Source: an uncultured Chloroflexia bacterium (lineage in GTDB: Bacteria > Chloroflexota > Dehalococcoidia > DSTF01 > JALHUB01). From it: a stretch of 17,297 nucleotides of DNA. How positions within the stretch are numbered: the stretch's first letter is position 1; each line of letters opens with the position of its first letter. The notes below the pieces were generated by a model that saw only the letters and a program-made list of their open reading frames with translations, searched no databases and was not told the DNA's origin. Of the stretch, positions 1 to 9,802 are shown one piece after another. Location: positions 1-17,297 of the forward strand of contig CAVSBT010000005.1 in NCBI GenBank assembly GCA_963726245.1, read 5' to 3'. Position numbers and translations under genes: made by a program.

Positions 1-497
1 GCAGGTGGTCCACCATGCGCCTGCAGCTCCCGCGGCCGGGGGATGCCCCGGAAGGTGAACTTCGGCACCGTTCCCGCCGTCTGGCAGTTGATGTCGCCGA
101 AGTCGAACATCGTGCCCAGGACGCCGCTGCGAATGACGCTCATGTCCTCGATGTCCACCAGGTCGGCCGTCGACATCTGGAGGTGGAACCAGTTGTTCTT
201 GACGCTGTCGACGATGCGCTGGTTGGTCACGGCCCAGATGTCGTTGTCGTAGCGGTACTTGACGAAGTACAGCCTGACGGCCCAGTACACCAGCCAGACG
301 GCCGTGGCTACCAGGGCTATCCAGCGCGGGAGGGCGTTGTCTGTCCAGTCGAGGCGGGCCATGGCCCACCAGAGGGCGCCCACCGGCACCAGGGCGACGA
401 TGGCCTCCGCCACCAGCTTTGGGTAGGCGAACAGCCAGTGGCGCTTGGACAGCGTCAGAACCTGCTCGCCCTCCTGTAGGGGAAAGGGAAGCTTCAT
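1..497 (-). CDS. Bacterial PH-domain (bPH_2/YdbS-like) membrane protein, 3' end runs off the window
   Basis: Translated by hand (not in the ORF track) from ATG 497 with upstream GAGGT: MKLPFPLQEGEQVLTLSKRHWLFAYPKL...two hydrophobic helices...DIWAVTNQRIVD...DIEDMSVIRSGVLGTMFDFGDINCQTAG, a typical bPH_2 pattern. Possible indel near position 17. Confidence 0.75.
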   Translation of the reverse strand, partial: MKLPFPLQEGEQVLTLSKRHWLFAYPKLVAEAIVALVPVGALWWAMARLDWTDNALPRWIALVATAVWLVYWAVRLYFVKYRYDNDIWAVTNQRIVDSVKNNWFHLQMSTADLVDIEDMSVIRSGVLGTMFDFGDINCQTAGTVPKFTFRGIPRPRELQAHGGPP

Positions 498-531
498 GGC
501 TACGACCTCGCTTCGCGCTGGCCTCTGCGGC

Positions 532-2082
532 CTACGGGCTCGTGCGCACCTCCGTGTCGGCGGGGCGCTGGATGGCCAGGAGGCGGTTGAGGGCGTTCAT
601 CAGGGCCTTCGCCGAAGCGACGACGATGTCGGTGTCGGCGCCGCGGCCCACGTAGGTCTTGCCTTCGTGCTCGGATGCGCACCGTCACCTCGCCCTGGGC
701 GTCGATGCCCTCGGTGATGGCCTTGATGGAGAACTCCAGTCAGCTCGTTGGGCACCCCCACGAGGGCGTCGATGGCCTTGTAGGCGGCGTCCACAGGGCC
801 GGTGCCGGTGGCTGTGTGCAGCAGGACCTGGCCCTCGGGCCCGATGAGGCGGACGGTGGCGGTGGGCTACCAGCTGGCTGCCGCAGGAGACCTGCACCAG
901 GTCCAGGTGGTACGTCTCCTCGACGGTGCGGAGCTTGTCGGCCACCAGGGCCTCCAGGTCGCGGTCGTCCACCTCCGCCTTCTTGTCGGCCAGCTCCTTG
1001 AAGGCCACGAAGGCGCGGGAGAGCTCCTCCTGGGTGAGCTCGTAGCCCAGCTCCTCCAGGCGGGCCTGGAAACCGTGGCGTCCCGAGAGCTTGCCGAGGA
1101 CGATCTCGGCGCCGGCCGGCCAGCCGATGTCGTGGGCGTCCATGATCTCGTAGGTCTCGCGCATCTTGAGGATGCCGTCCTGGTGGATGCCCGACTGGTG
1201 GCGGAAGGCGTTGCCCCCCACGATGGCCTTGTTCGGCTGGACGCTCATGCCGGTGAGGTCGGAGACCAGGCGGCTGGTCCGGTAGAGCTCCCTGGTCTTG
1301 ATGTTGGTGGTGAGGCCGAAGAGGTCCTGGCGGGTCTTCAGGGCCATCACCACCTCCTCCAGGGAGGCGTTGCCCGCCCGCTCGCCGATGCCGTTGATGC
1401 AGCACTCGATCTGGCGGGCGCCGGCGCGGACGGCGGCCAGGGAGTTGGCCACCGCCAGCCCCAGGTCGTTGTGGCAGTGGACCGAGACCACCGCCTTGTG
1501 GATGTTGGGCACCTTCTCGAAGATGTTGCGGATGAAGTTGCCGAACTCCTCCGGGATGGCGTAGCCCACGGTGTCCGGGATGTTGACGGTGGTGGCGCCG
1601 GCCGCGATGACCTGCTCCAGCATCTGGTAGACGTAGTCGGGCTCGGAGCGGCTGGCGTCCATGGGGCTGAACTCCACGTCAGAGGTGTAGCCCTTGGCGC
1701 GGGCCACCATGGTGCGGGCCATCTCCAGCACCTCGTCCCGGTTCTTGCGGAGCTGGTGCATGAGGTGGATGTCGGAGGTGGAGAGGAAGATGTGGATGCG
1801 CGGATGGGCGGCGTGCTGGACGGCCTCCCAGCAGCGGTCCACGGCTTCCGGGTGGGCGTGCGCGAGGCCGGCGATGGCGCAGCCGCGCACCTTCTTGGCG
1901 ATGGTGCTCACGCCTTCGAAGTCGCCCGGGGAGGAGAGCGGGAAGCCGGCCTCGATGATGTCGACGCCCAGCCTCTCGAGCTGGCGGGCGATCTCCAGCT
2001 TGTCGTCTACGGTGAGGGCCACGCCGGGGGACTGCTCGCCGTCCCTCAGCGTGGTATCGAAGATGTATACCTTGTCCGTCAT
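532..2082 (-). CDS. leuA: 2-isopropylmalate synthase (C-terminal regulatory domain split by apparent indels near ~870, ~740 and ~680)
   Basis: [45 protein letters not shown] and LGKLSGRH motifs. The C-terminal domain continues in other frames (...[10 protein letters not shown]...; [26 protein letters not shown]...TSP, TAG at 532-534). ATG 2082 lies behind AAGGAG. Confidence 0.95.
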
Positions 2083-2115
2083 GGTTGTCTTCACTCCTTC
2101 GCCTGGTAGAGACGG

Positions 2116-2452
2116 GGATGTAGAGGAAGGCTTCAGCCTTCCAGTGGTCGCCTCTGGCGACCGCTACCGTCGTCGGTGGAGGTCTGAAGACCTCCGCTAC
2201 ATCCGGGCCCTCCGCTCCGCCTCAGGCGGAGGAGGGCCGGCGAAGGATGAGGCGGTCTTTGACCGCACGGGAGGCTCGAAGGCGGCCCAGATACGCGGTC
2301 TATCAGCGTTCATGGTTCTCGTTAGTCGTGGAGGCCTGAAGGCCTCCGCTACTGGGCAATGTCTCCCGTCGCGCCCAGGGCCTGGGCTGCGCCCGTGTAG
2401 CGGAAGGCTTCAGCCTTCCACCCTCGCTGGAGGCCTGAAGGTCCTCCCCTAC
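2116..2452. repeat. Cluster of five GTAG-type REP palindromes (BIME/REPIN-like)
   Basis: (+) GTAG[A/C]GGAAGGCTTCAGCCTTCC at 2120-2143 and 2397-2420. (-) GTAGCGGAGG[C/T]CTTCAG[G/A]CCTCC-like copies at 2177-2200, 2329-2352 and 2428-2452. They form two inverted pairs (2116-2204 and 2397-2452). Confidence 0.85.
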
Positions 2453-2873
2453 TTCTCCAGTACCGTCTCCCAGGTGTTGGCGTGACCCTCCTCGTCCTCC
2501 AGGATCTCCTCGAGCAGGCGGCGGGTGACGGGGTCGTCCTCTTTCGCGGCCAGCTTGATGTGGCCCTTGTACATCTCGATGGCCCGGTATCTCGCCCTCC
2601 AGGTCGTCGCGGATCATCTTCGTCAGGTCGCCGCCCACCTGGATGGCGCTTATCTCGATGGTCGGAACGCCGCCCAGGAGGTCGATGCGCTCCGCGAGGG
2701 CCTCGGCGTGCTTCATCTCGGTCGATAGAGCTGGACTTGAACGTGTCCAGGATGGCCGGCGAGGCCAGGCCGCGACCCATGACGTGGTGGTACATGTACT
2801 GGATGACGGCGGCCAGTTCGTCGGCGAGGGCGTTGTTCAACGCCTGTAGCAGTTCCTTGCTTCCTTTTGGCAT
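2449..2873 (-). CDS. Short bacterioferritin-like protein, copy B (~140 aa after removing two apparent 1-nt insertions at ~2720 and ~2585)
   Basis: Reconstructed sequence: MPKGSKELLQALNNALADELAAVIQYMYHH...[23 protein letters not shown]...DDLEGEIRAIEMYKGHIKLAAKEDDPVTRRLLEEILEDEEGHANTWETVLEK. It has the Bfr-type E / EMKH / E / EEGH ligand set. RBS GGAGG. Confidence 0.88.
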
Positions 2874-2883
2874 GGCAGTCCTC

Positions 2884-3309
2884 CTACGCCTTCTCCAGGA
2901 TCGTTGCCAGCTTGTGGGCGTGCTCCTCCGTCTCGCCCAGGATCTCCTCCACGAGCCGGAGCGTGACGGGGTCGTCCTCCTTGCGGGCCAGCTTCACCAG
3001 GTTGCGGTACAGCTCTACGGCGTCCTCCTCGGCCTTGAGGTCCCCCTTGAGCATCCGAGCAGGTCGCCTTCCACCTTGACGGGGCCGACGGCGGTGGTCG
3101 GCACGCCCCCGAGCAGGTCGATGCGTTCGGCGACCTTGTAGGCGTGGTCCATCTCCACCATGGAGAGTCTCCTTGAAGACGCCTGCGATGGCAGCGCTCT
3201 CCAGGCCGCGCGCTACGACGTGCTGCCACATGTACTGGATCACGGAAGCCAGTTCCTCCGACAGGCCATCGTTCAGGGCGTCTAGCAGTTCCTTGCTGGC
3301 CTTGGGCAT
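2884..3309 (-). CDS. Short bacterioferritin-like protein, copy A (141 aa, two compensating indels at ~3168 and ~3056)
   Basis: [30 protein letters not shown]...; the alternative frame gives [35 protein letters not shown], then ...[12 protein letters not shown]...[31 protein letters not shown]. Clearly paralogous to copy B. RBS AAGGAGG. Confidence 0.88.
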   Translation of the reverse strand: MPKASKELLDALNDGLSEELASVIQYMWQHVVARGLESAAIAGVFKETLHGGDGPRLQGRRTHRPARGRADHRRRPRQGGRRPARMLKGDLKAEEDAVELYRNLVKLARKEDDPVTLRLVEEILGETEEHAHKLATILEKA

Positions 3310-3354
3310 CGGAGCCTCCTTCCCGATTCGAATTCCCGCCGGTGCGGTCCCAGC

Positions 3355-4367
<1,013 letters not shown>

Positions 4368-4376
<9 letters not shown>

Positions 4377-4970
4377 GAAAGCGCTCCTTTCTCGTACAGC
4401 AGGCTTCCCACGCGGGCGCTTGCCTTCGCCGGCCGGGTCGGAAGCGGATGGGCTTGGCGCCCTCGGCGCCTCTCGATGCGTGGCAGCGGCGCCGCGCGTC
4501 ATGGCCACGCGGCCCGTGCGCACCAGCTCCCGGATGCCGTAGGGCCGCAGCATCTCGAAGATGGCGTCCACCTTGTCCTCCGCGCCCGTCACCTGGACGA
4601 TGACCGACTCCGGCGACACGTCGATGATGTCGGCCCGGAAGATGTCCACGACCTCGATGACGGCGCTGCGGTTGGCGGGGCTGGCGCTCACCTTGATGAG
4701 GGCCAGCTCCCGGGCCACCATGTCCTCGTCTGTGAGGTCGCTGATCTTGACGACCTCGATGACCTTGTAGAGCTGCTTGGTGACCTGCTCGACATCGGTG
4801 GTCGCGCCGTCGACGACGAAGGTCATGCGCGAGAGGCCCGGCATCTCGCTGTGGCCCACGGCCAGGCTCTCGATGTTGAAGCCCCGCTGGCGCCACTTGC
4901 TGGCGATGCGGTTGAGGACGCCGGGCTTGTTCTCCACCAGGGCAACGATGGTGTGCTTCACCGTCTTCAC
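4368..4970 (-). CDS. ilvN: Acetolactate synthase small (regulatory) subunit; true 3' end uncertain
   Basis: HTIVALVENKPGVLNRIA...RGFNIESLAVG...SRMTFVV...EQVTKQLYKVIEV...RELALIKV...IRELVRTGRVAM (ACT domain). The GTG start overlaps the ilvB TGA (GTGA). Confidence 0.92.
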
Positions 4971-6700
4971 GGCCGCACCTTCTCTTTCTCCCGCCGCGGC
5001 GAGGACGCGGGCGCTTCTATCTTGGGCTGGTCGATGGTCTCCGCCAGGCTGGCCCCCGGCGGCACCATCGGGTAGACAGTTCTCCATCCCCTCCACCTGG
5101 AAGTCGATGAGGACCGGGCCCGGGTGGTCGCATGCGCCTTCTCGATGGCCGGCTCCACCTCGGCGCTTGTCGGTGACCCGCAGGCCCACCAGGCCGAAGG
5201 CCTCGGCCAGCTTCACGAAGTCCGGGCTGAACTCGCGGGTGGAGACCAGCCGGTTGCCGTAGAAGAGGGTCTGCCACTGGCGCACCATGCCCAGGTAGCC
5301 GTTGTTGATGATGGCGAACTTGATGGGCAGTTCGTGCTCAACGATGGTGGCCAGGTCCTGGAGGGTCATCTGGAAGCTGCCGTCGCCGCAGATGCACCAC
5401 ACCAGGTCCTTCGGGTAGGCGAACTGGACCCCCATGGCGGCGGGCACGTCGAAGCCCATGGTGCCCAGGCCGCCGGAGGTGACGAAGGAGTTGGGCTTGT
5501 CACCCCAGAAGAACTGGGCCGCCCACATCTGGTGCTGGCCGACGCCGGTGACATAGTAGGCGTCGGCGCCTGCTGAGCTCGTAGATCTTCTTGATCACGA
5601 ACTGGGGCAGGAGCTCGTCGTTCTCCGGGATGAGGATGGAGGGGTGCTCCCGGCGTACCTCCGCGATCCGCTCCAGCCAGGCGTCGTGGCGCGCGGGCTC
5701 CACCTGCTCGTTGAGGGCTGCCGAGCACGTTCTTCACGTCGCCCGACGATGGGCACCGTTGGCTTGACGTTCTTGCCGATCTCCGCCGGGTCGATGTCGA
5801 TGTGGATGATCTTGGCGTGGGGCGCGAAGTCCTTGAGGCGTCCCGTCACCCGGTCGTCGAAGCGCATGCCGATCGCCACGAGCAGGTCGGACTCGGTGAT
5901 GGCGATGTTGTTCCAGTACATCCCGTGCATGCCCGGCATGCCCATGAAGAGAGGGTGGGAGCCGGGGAAGCTGCCCAGTGCCCAGCAGGGTGGTGATGAC
6001 CGGGATGTGGGCCTTCTCCGCCAGCTCGCGCAGCTCGTCATAGGCGCGGGAGATGATGACGCCGTGGCCCGCCAGGATGAGCGGCCGCTCCGACTCGGCG
6101 ATGAGCTGGGCCGCCTTCTTCGATCTGCGTCGGGTGGCCCTGGACGGTGGGCCGGTAGCCCCGCAGCTCCACCTTCTCCGGGTAGTGGAACTCAGTCTGC
6201 TGCTGCAAGACGTCGCGGGGCACGTCGATGAGCACCGGCCCCGGCCGTCCCGTGCCGGCGATGTAGAACGCCTCGCGCACCGTGCGCGCCAGGTCGTCCA
6301 CGTCCAGCACCAGGTAGTTGTGCTTGGTGATGGGCAGGGTGATGCCGGTGATGTCCGCTTCCTGGAAGCCGTCGCGGCCGATGAGCCAGGTCACCACCTG
6401 GCCGGTGATGGCCACCATGGGCACCGAGTCCATCCAGGCGTTGGCGATGCCGGTCACCAGGTTCGTGGCGCCCGGGCCGGAGGTGGCGAAGCATACGCCT
6501 ACCTTGCCGGTCACGCGGGCATAGGCGTCGGCGGCGTGGGCGGCGCACTGCTCGTGGCGCACGAGCACGTGCTTGATCTGCGGGTACGAAGGCAGGGCAT
6601 CGTAGAGGGGCAGGTTGGCCCCGCCAGGCAGGCCAAAGATGACCTCTGTGCCTTCTCTGGCGAGGCATTCCATGATGATCTGGGCCCCGTTTAGCTTCAT
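4967..6700 (-). CDS. ilvB: Acetolactate synthase large subunit, biosynthetic type (several apparent indels)
   Basis: [49 protein letters not shown] and the TPP motif GDGSF...NN, distributed over ORFs 6038-6700, 5595-6041, 5500-5703, 4368-5528 and 4967-5158. Confidence 0.95.
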
Positions 6701-6809
6701 GGTTTCAAGATCCCCCTGTTCAGGGACCGGCGCCCACTGCGCTGGTCTCCGCTATCTTCTGAGTGCCCGCTGAGATATTGGTCTGTCTGCCCGGCAGTCT
6801 CGCGGGCGA

Positions 6810-6977
6810 CTATAGGCCGAGAAGGGCCACCACCGCAAGCAGCAAGGGCCCTTCGAGGAGGGAGAGGACTACGGCGCGGTCCCGGGCAACGACCAGACCC
6901 GCATCGCGGGCGCCGGCCTGCGCCGAGACCGTGAAAACCTCCTGAAGAGGAAACCGAGGCAACTCCAAACTAGTCAT
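6810..6977 (-). CDS. Putative Leu/Val-rich leader peptide (55 aa) between the T-box and ilvB
   Basis: ATG 6977 is preceded by GGGGAAAG. Sequence MTSLELPRFPLQEVFTVSAQAGARDAGLVVARDRAVVLSLLEGPLLLAVVALLGL*; 16 of the last 28 codons are Leu or Val. Confidence 0.5.
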   Translation of the reverse strand: MTSLELPRFPLQEVFTVSAQAGARDAGLVVARDRAVVLSLLEGPLLLAVVALLGL

Positions 6978-7004
6978 CTTTCCCCAAGACCTGCGAGCAT
7001 CCCT

Positions 7005-7037
7005 AACGAAATAGTCCCGCCCCCGAAGAGACGGGAC
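7005..7037 (-). terminator. Intrinsic terminator of the T-box
   Basis: GUCCCGUCUC-UUCG-GGGGCGGGAC followed by UAUUUCGUU. It is mutually exclusive with the antiterminator. Confidence 0.88.
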
Positions 7038-7270
7038 GGATGCCCGCGGTACCACCCTTCTTGCTTCGCCACGGCCGCCACGGTGGTGGCCACAAACGAA
7101 GCCACTCGATGCGCGCTAACGGGCGCCTCCGGCCGGACCTACCGTCCGCCCCCGGCGGACCTGGGCTCGGCGGCTCCGGGGCGAGTTCGGGCTTTCTGCG
7201 GCGCCGGGCTTTCACCTGCTCCCGGCTCTCTTTAGCCTTCGAATAGCCCTACTACTCCCCTTCACAGCCT
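7005..7270 (-). promoter_or_regulatory. T-box riboswitch, Leu specifier (CUC), transcriptional type
   Basis: Stem I has a GA/K-turn motif (GGCUGUGAAGGGG...CCCCGGAGCC), AGUA, an AGAGA bulge, a GGUGAAAG loop and specifier GAA-CUC-G (7185-7183). A CCGUUA element and stem III (GCUUCG...CGAAGC) follow. The antiterminator is AAGGG-UGGUACC-GCGGG...CCCGU-CUCUU (T-box 7044-7059). Confidence 0.95.
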
Positions 7271-7291
7271 TCTGAGGGGCTAGTGTCGCCT

Positions 7292-7320
7292 AGTCTAGAG
7301 GCGGCTTCACAATTTGTCAA
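7292..7320 (-). promoter_or_regulatory. sigma70-type promoter of the T-box/ilv-leu operon
   Basis: TTGACA (7320-7315), 17-bp spacer, TAGACT (7297-7292), about 20 nt upstream of T-box stem I. Confidence 0.85.
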
Positions 7321-7346
7321 GCGCGCGCGATTGGAAGCGGACGCGC

Positions 7347-7375
7347 TTGACAGGCCGCCGCAAGCGGGGTAAACT
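7347..7375 (+). promoter_or_regulatory. sigma70-type promoter of the ArsR-family gene
   Basis: TTGACA (7347-7352), 17-bp spacer, TAAACT (7370-7375). Confidence 0.8.
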
Positions 7376-7411
7376 AGTTTTGACAGTTGTAGAAGTACCG
7401 GAGTAACTGGC

Positions 7412-7708
7412 ATGGCATCGAACGACGGCAACCGTGAGTTGGTGAAGGCCTACAAGGCGCTGGGCGACGCCACTCGTCTGCGGCTGATGCGGCTGCTCGC
7501 TACAAAGGGCGAGATGGGCTGCGGCGAACTAACCGAGGCGCTTCGCATCTCCGCTTCCACGCTCTCCTATCACACCAGCCGGCTGGAGGATAGCCGCCTG
7601 CTGGACGTACGCAGGGATGGGCAGTTCCGCTTCTTTACCCTGCGCAGAGACGAGTTGCGGCGGGTGGCCCCGGCGCTGTTAGAGGGCGAGCCGTCCCTGA
7701 AGGGTTGA
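7412..7708 (+). CDS. ArsR/SmtB-family transcriptional regulator
   Basis: 98 aa; YKALGDATRLRLMRLL...EMGCGELTEALRISASTLSYHTSRLEDSRLLDVRRDGQFRFFTL winged-HTH pattern. RBS GGAG. Confidence 0.92.
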   Translation: MASNDGNRELVKAYKALGDATRLRLMRLLATKGEMGCGELTEALRISASTLSYHTSRLEDSRLLDVRRDGQFRFFTLRRDELRRVAPALLEGEPSLKG

Positions 7709-7723
7709 AAGGCTCTCTTTTTT
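7688..7723 (+). terminator. Possible intrinsic terminator after arsR
   Basis: GAGCC...GGCTC stem followed by TCTTTTTT. Confidence 0.4.
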
Positions 7724-7819
7724 CAGGAAGAGTTCGATAGATGGGAAATTGTAGTAACGGGCAAATGTCTAAACAAGTCGCAGGATTCTGGCGACTGAGA
7801 TTCCGATAAGGAGGCTAAC

Positions 7820-8374
7820 ATGACTACGCAAGCAGCAACCGACGTAGCTACCTGGACGATCGACCCGTCCCACACCCTGGTCGAGTTCTCTGTTAAGCAT
7901 TTGATGATCGCCACGGTGAAGGGCCGGTTCGGTAGCGTCCAGGGCACGTTCAGGGGAACGCTGGACGACCCGCTCTCCGCTTCCGCCGAGGCCACTATCG
8001 ACGTGAGCAGCATCGATACGCGGGAGGAGAAGCGCGACGCGCACCTGCGCTCCGCTGACTTCTTCGACGCAGAGCATTACCCAACCATGCGCTACATTAG
8101 CCGCTCCGTGCGGCGGGTGGACGACGACGAGTTCGAGGTCGAGGGTGACCTCACGATCCGTGACGTCACCCGGCCGATCACCCTCAAGGTGACCCTGGAG
8201 GGGCATCTCCGCGACCCGTGGGGCAACGACCGCGTTGGGCTCAGCGCCGAGGGCAAGATCAGGCGCAGTGACTTCGGTTTGAAGTGGAACATGGCGCTGG
8301 AGGCCGGAGGCGTAATGGTGGGCGAGGACGTTCGCCTCTCGCTCCAGGTAGAGGCCGTCCGTCAGGCTGCATAG
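7820..8374 (+). CDS. YceI-family (polyisoprenoid-binding) protein
   Basis: WTIDPSHTLVEFSVKHLMIATVKGRF, IDT...RDAHLRSADFFD...YP, GDLTIRDVTRP, DPWGN and RSDFGLKWN motifs. RBS AAGGAGG. No signal peptide. Confidence 0.95.
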   Translation: MTTQAATDVATWTIDPSHTLVEFSVKHLMIATVKGRFGSVQGTFRGTLDDPLSASAEATIDVSSIDTREEKRDAHLRSADFFDAEHYPTMRYISRSVRRVDDDEFEVEGDLTIRDVTRPITLKVTLEGHLRDPWGNDRVGLSAEGKIRRSDFGLKWNMALEAGGVMVGEDVRLSLQVEAVRQAA

Positions 8375-8505
8375 CAGATTCGGATAGCGGACCGCTCTCC
8401 CGAAATCGTGACTCATGCACGCGCCCGCGCAGGCTGCGAACCATCCTGCCGGGCGCTGCGGCGTCCGCCAGCCTTCCCGCCGGAGCGCGGGGCGCGCTAC
8501 ACTAG

Positions 8506-9450
8506 ATGGTGATGTCGCACCGCTACCTGGCTATCCTCGTGGCTTTGGGCAGCCTCTGGGGAGCCAGCTTTCTTTTCATCAAGGTGGTCGTCGATGAGAC
8601 GTCGCCTGCTGAAGTTGCCGCCGGCCGCGTCTTCTTCGGGGCGGTGGCCCTGGCGCCTTTTGTCTGGCGACGCGGCCTCCGTCTCAGCGGCCGGCGCTGG
8701 CTGCTGAGGGACCTGCTGCTGCTCGGCGCCGTCTCCACCGCCATCCCCTTTGTGCTCATCTCCTGGGCCGAGCTGCACATCGACAGCGGCATCGCCTCCG
8801 TCCTCAACTCCACCATGCCGCTCTGGACCGCCGTCTTTGCCGGCATCTTCCTGGTCGAGGAGCGCCTGACGCCGTTGATGGTTGCGGGCCTGCTGCTGGG
8901 ATTCGTAGGAGTCGCCGTTCTCAGCGGGGGTGACCTTACCAGCCTGCGACAGGCCGGCCTCTTGGGTCACCTGGCCGTCGTGAGCGCTGCGGCCTTCTAT
9001 GGCGCCGGTGCCGTCTTCGCCCGCGCCCGGCTCCAGGCCGAGGACCGCGTAACCCTCTCGGCCATGCAGCTAATGATGGCCTTCCTCGTCCTGGCGCCCT
9101 TTTCGCTGGCTGTAGACGGAATCCCCAGGCTGAACCTGCCGGCCAAGGTGTGGCTGGCGTGGATCATCCTGGGCGTCTTCAACACCGGCCTGGCCAACGT
9201 CGTCTACTACTGGCTCATCCGGCACGTGGGGAGCGTGCGCAGCTCCCTGGTGACCTACATCATCCCCATAGTAGGCCTTCTGCTGGGCGCCACCGTCCTG
9301 GATGAGAAACTGGGACTCAACGCATTACTGGGCGCCGCTCTCATCGTGGCGGCCGTGGCGTTGGTGGCCGGCAGCTTCCGGCTCGCCACACTCAGGAGCA
9401 CCCTACCCCAGGGGGCCGAGCGTCATTCGGAGGCCACCGCCGGTAAGTAG
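8506..9450 (+). CDS. EamA/DMT-family transporter
   Basis: LWGASFLFIK...GIASVLNSTMPLWT...ERL and a second repeat ending YIIPIVGLLLGATVLDEKL; about 10 hydrophobic segments. Confidence 0.92.
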   Translation: MVMSHRYLAILVALGSLWGASFLFIKVVVDETSPAEVAAGRVFFGAVALAPFVWRRGLRLSGRRWLLRDLLLLGAVSTAIPFVLISWAELHIDSGIASVLNSTMPLWTAVFAGIFLVEERLTPLMVAGLLLGFVGVAVLSGGDLTSLRQAGLLGHLAVVSAAAFYGAGAVFARARLQAEDRVTLSAMQLMMAFLVLAPFSLAVDGIPRLNLPAKVWLAWIILGVFNTGLANVVYYWLIRHVGSVRSSLVTYIIPIVGLLLGATVLDEKLGLNALLGAALIVAAVALVAGSFRLATLRSTLPQGAERHSEATAGK

Positions 9451-9515
9451 CGACGGCGTGGCGCTCCGTCTAGGTAGAATCCCTTAGACCCGCCCCTGGA
9501 ATCCCTAGATTCATA

Positions 9516-9544
9516 TTGACAAATCCCTCACATAATGTTAGTAT
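9516..9544 (+). promoter_or_regulatory. Strong sigma70-type promoter in the EamA to pyrE-like intergenic region
   Basis: TTGACA (9516-9521), 17-bp spacer, TAGTAT (9539-9544), with an extended TG at 9536-9537. Confidence 0.75.
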
Positions 9545-9598
9545 CACATATGAGGCCATCTGGCCCCATGAGCGCACAATCCGAAAGGAGGGTGCTTC

Positions 9599-9646
9599 AT
9601 GGTAGTAGACCGCATACGTTGGGGTGTATGGCAGGTTGACACGTAA
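9599..9646 (+). CDS. Putative 15-aa small peptide MVVDRIRWGVWQVDT
   Basis: AAAGGAGGGT Shine-Dalgarno just before ATG 9599, about 50 nt downstream of the promoter. TAA is followed immediately by hairpin 9648-9669. Confidence 0.45.
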   Translation: MVVDRIRWGVWQVDT

Positions 9647-9802
9647 GGCCCTGTCGAGAACGGCAGGGCACCCCCGCGCGGCGGGCTCCACAGGCGATTG
9701 ATACAGTGTGGGAGCCTGTGAGAGGGAATGAGACCAGCTGTATCAGGGGATTACCCCTGCGGTGGGGCCTTGTGAGCCGCGAACCAACAGCGAAATAGAG
9801 AT

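Noticed and set aside
802-2109. Long antisense ORFs (802-2109, 3173-4045, 14944-16074, 13345-14283, 15-479 and others)
   Set aside because: Shadow frames of real genes in high-GC DNA, with no recognisable motifs.
2116-2452. CRISPR array
   Set aside because: The repeats alternate in orientation, spacing is irregular and there are no cas genes. They fit REP/BIME elements.
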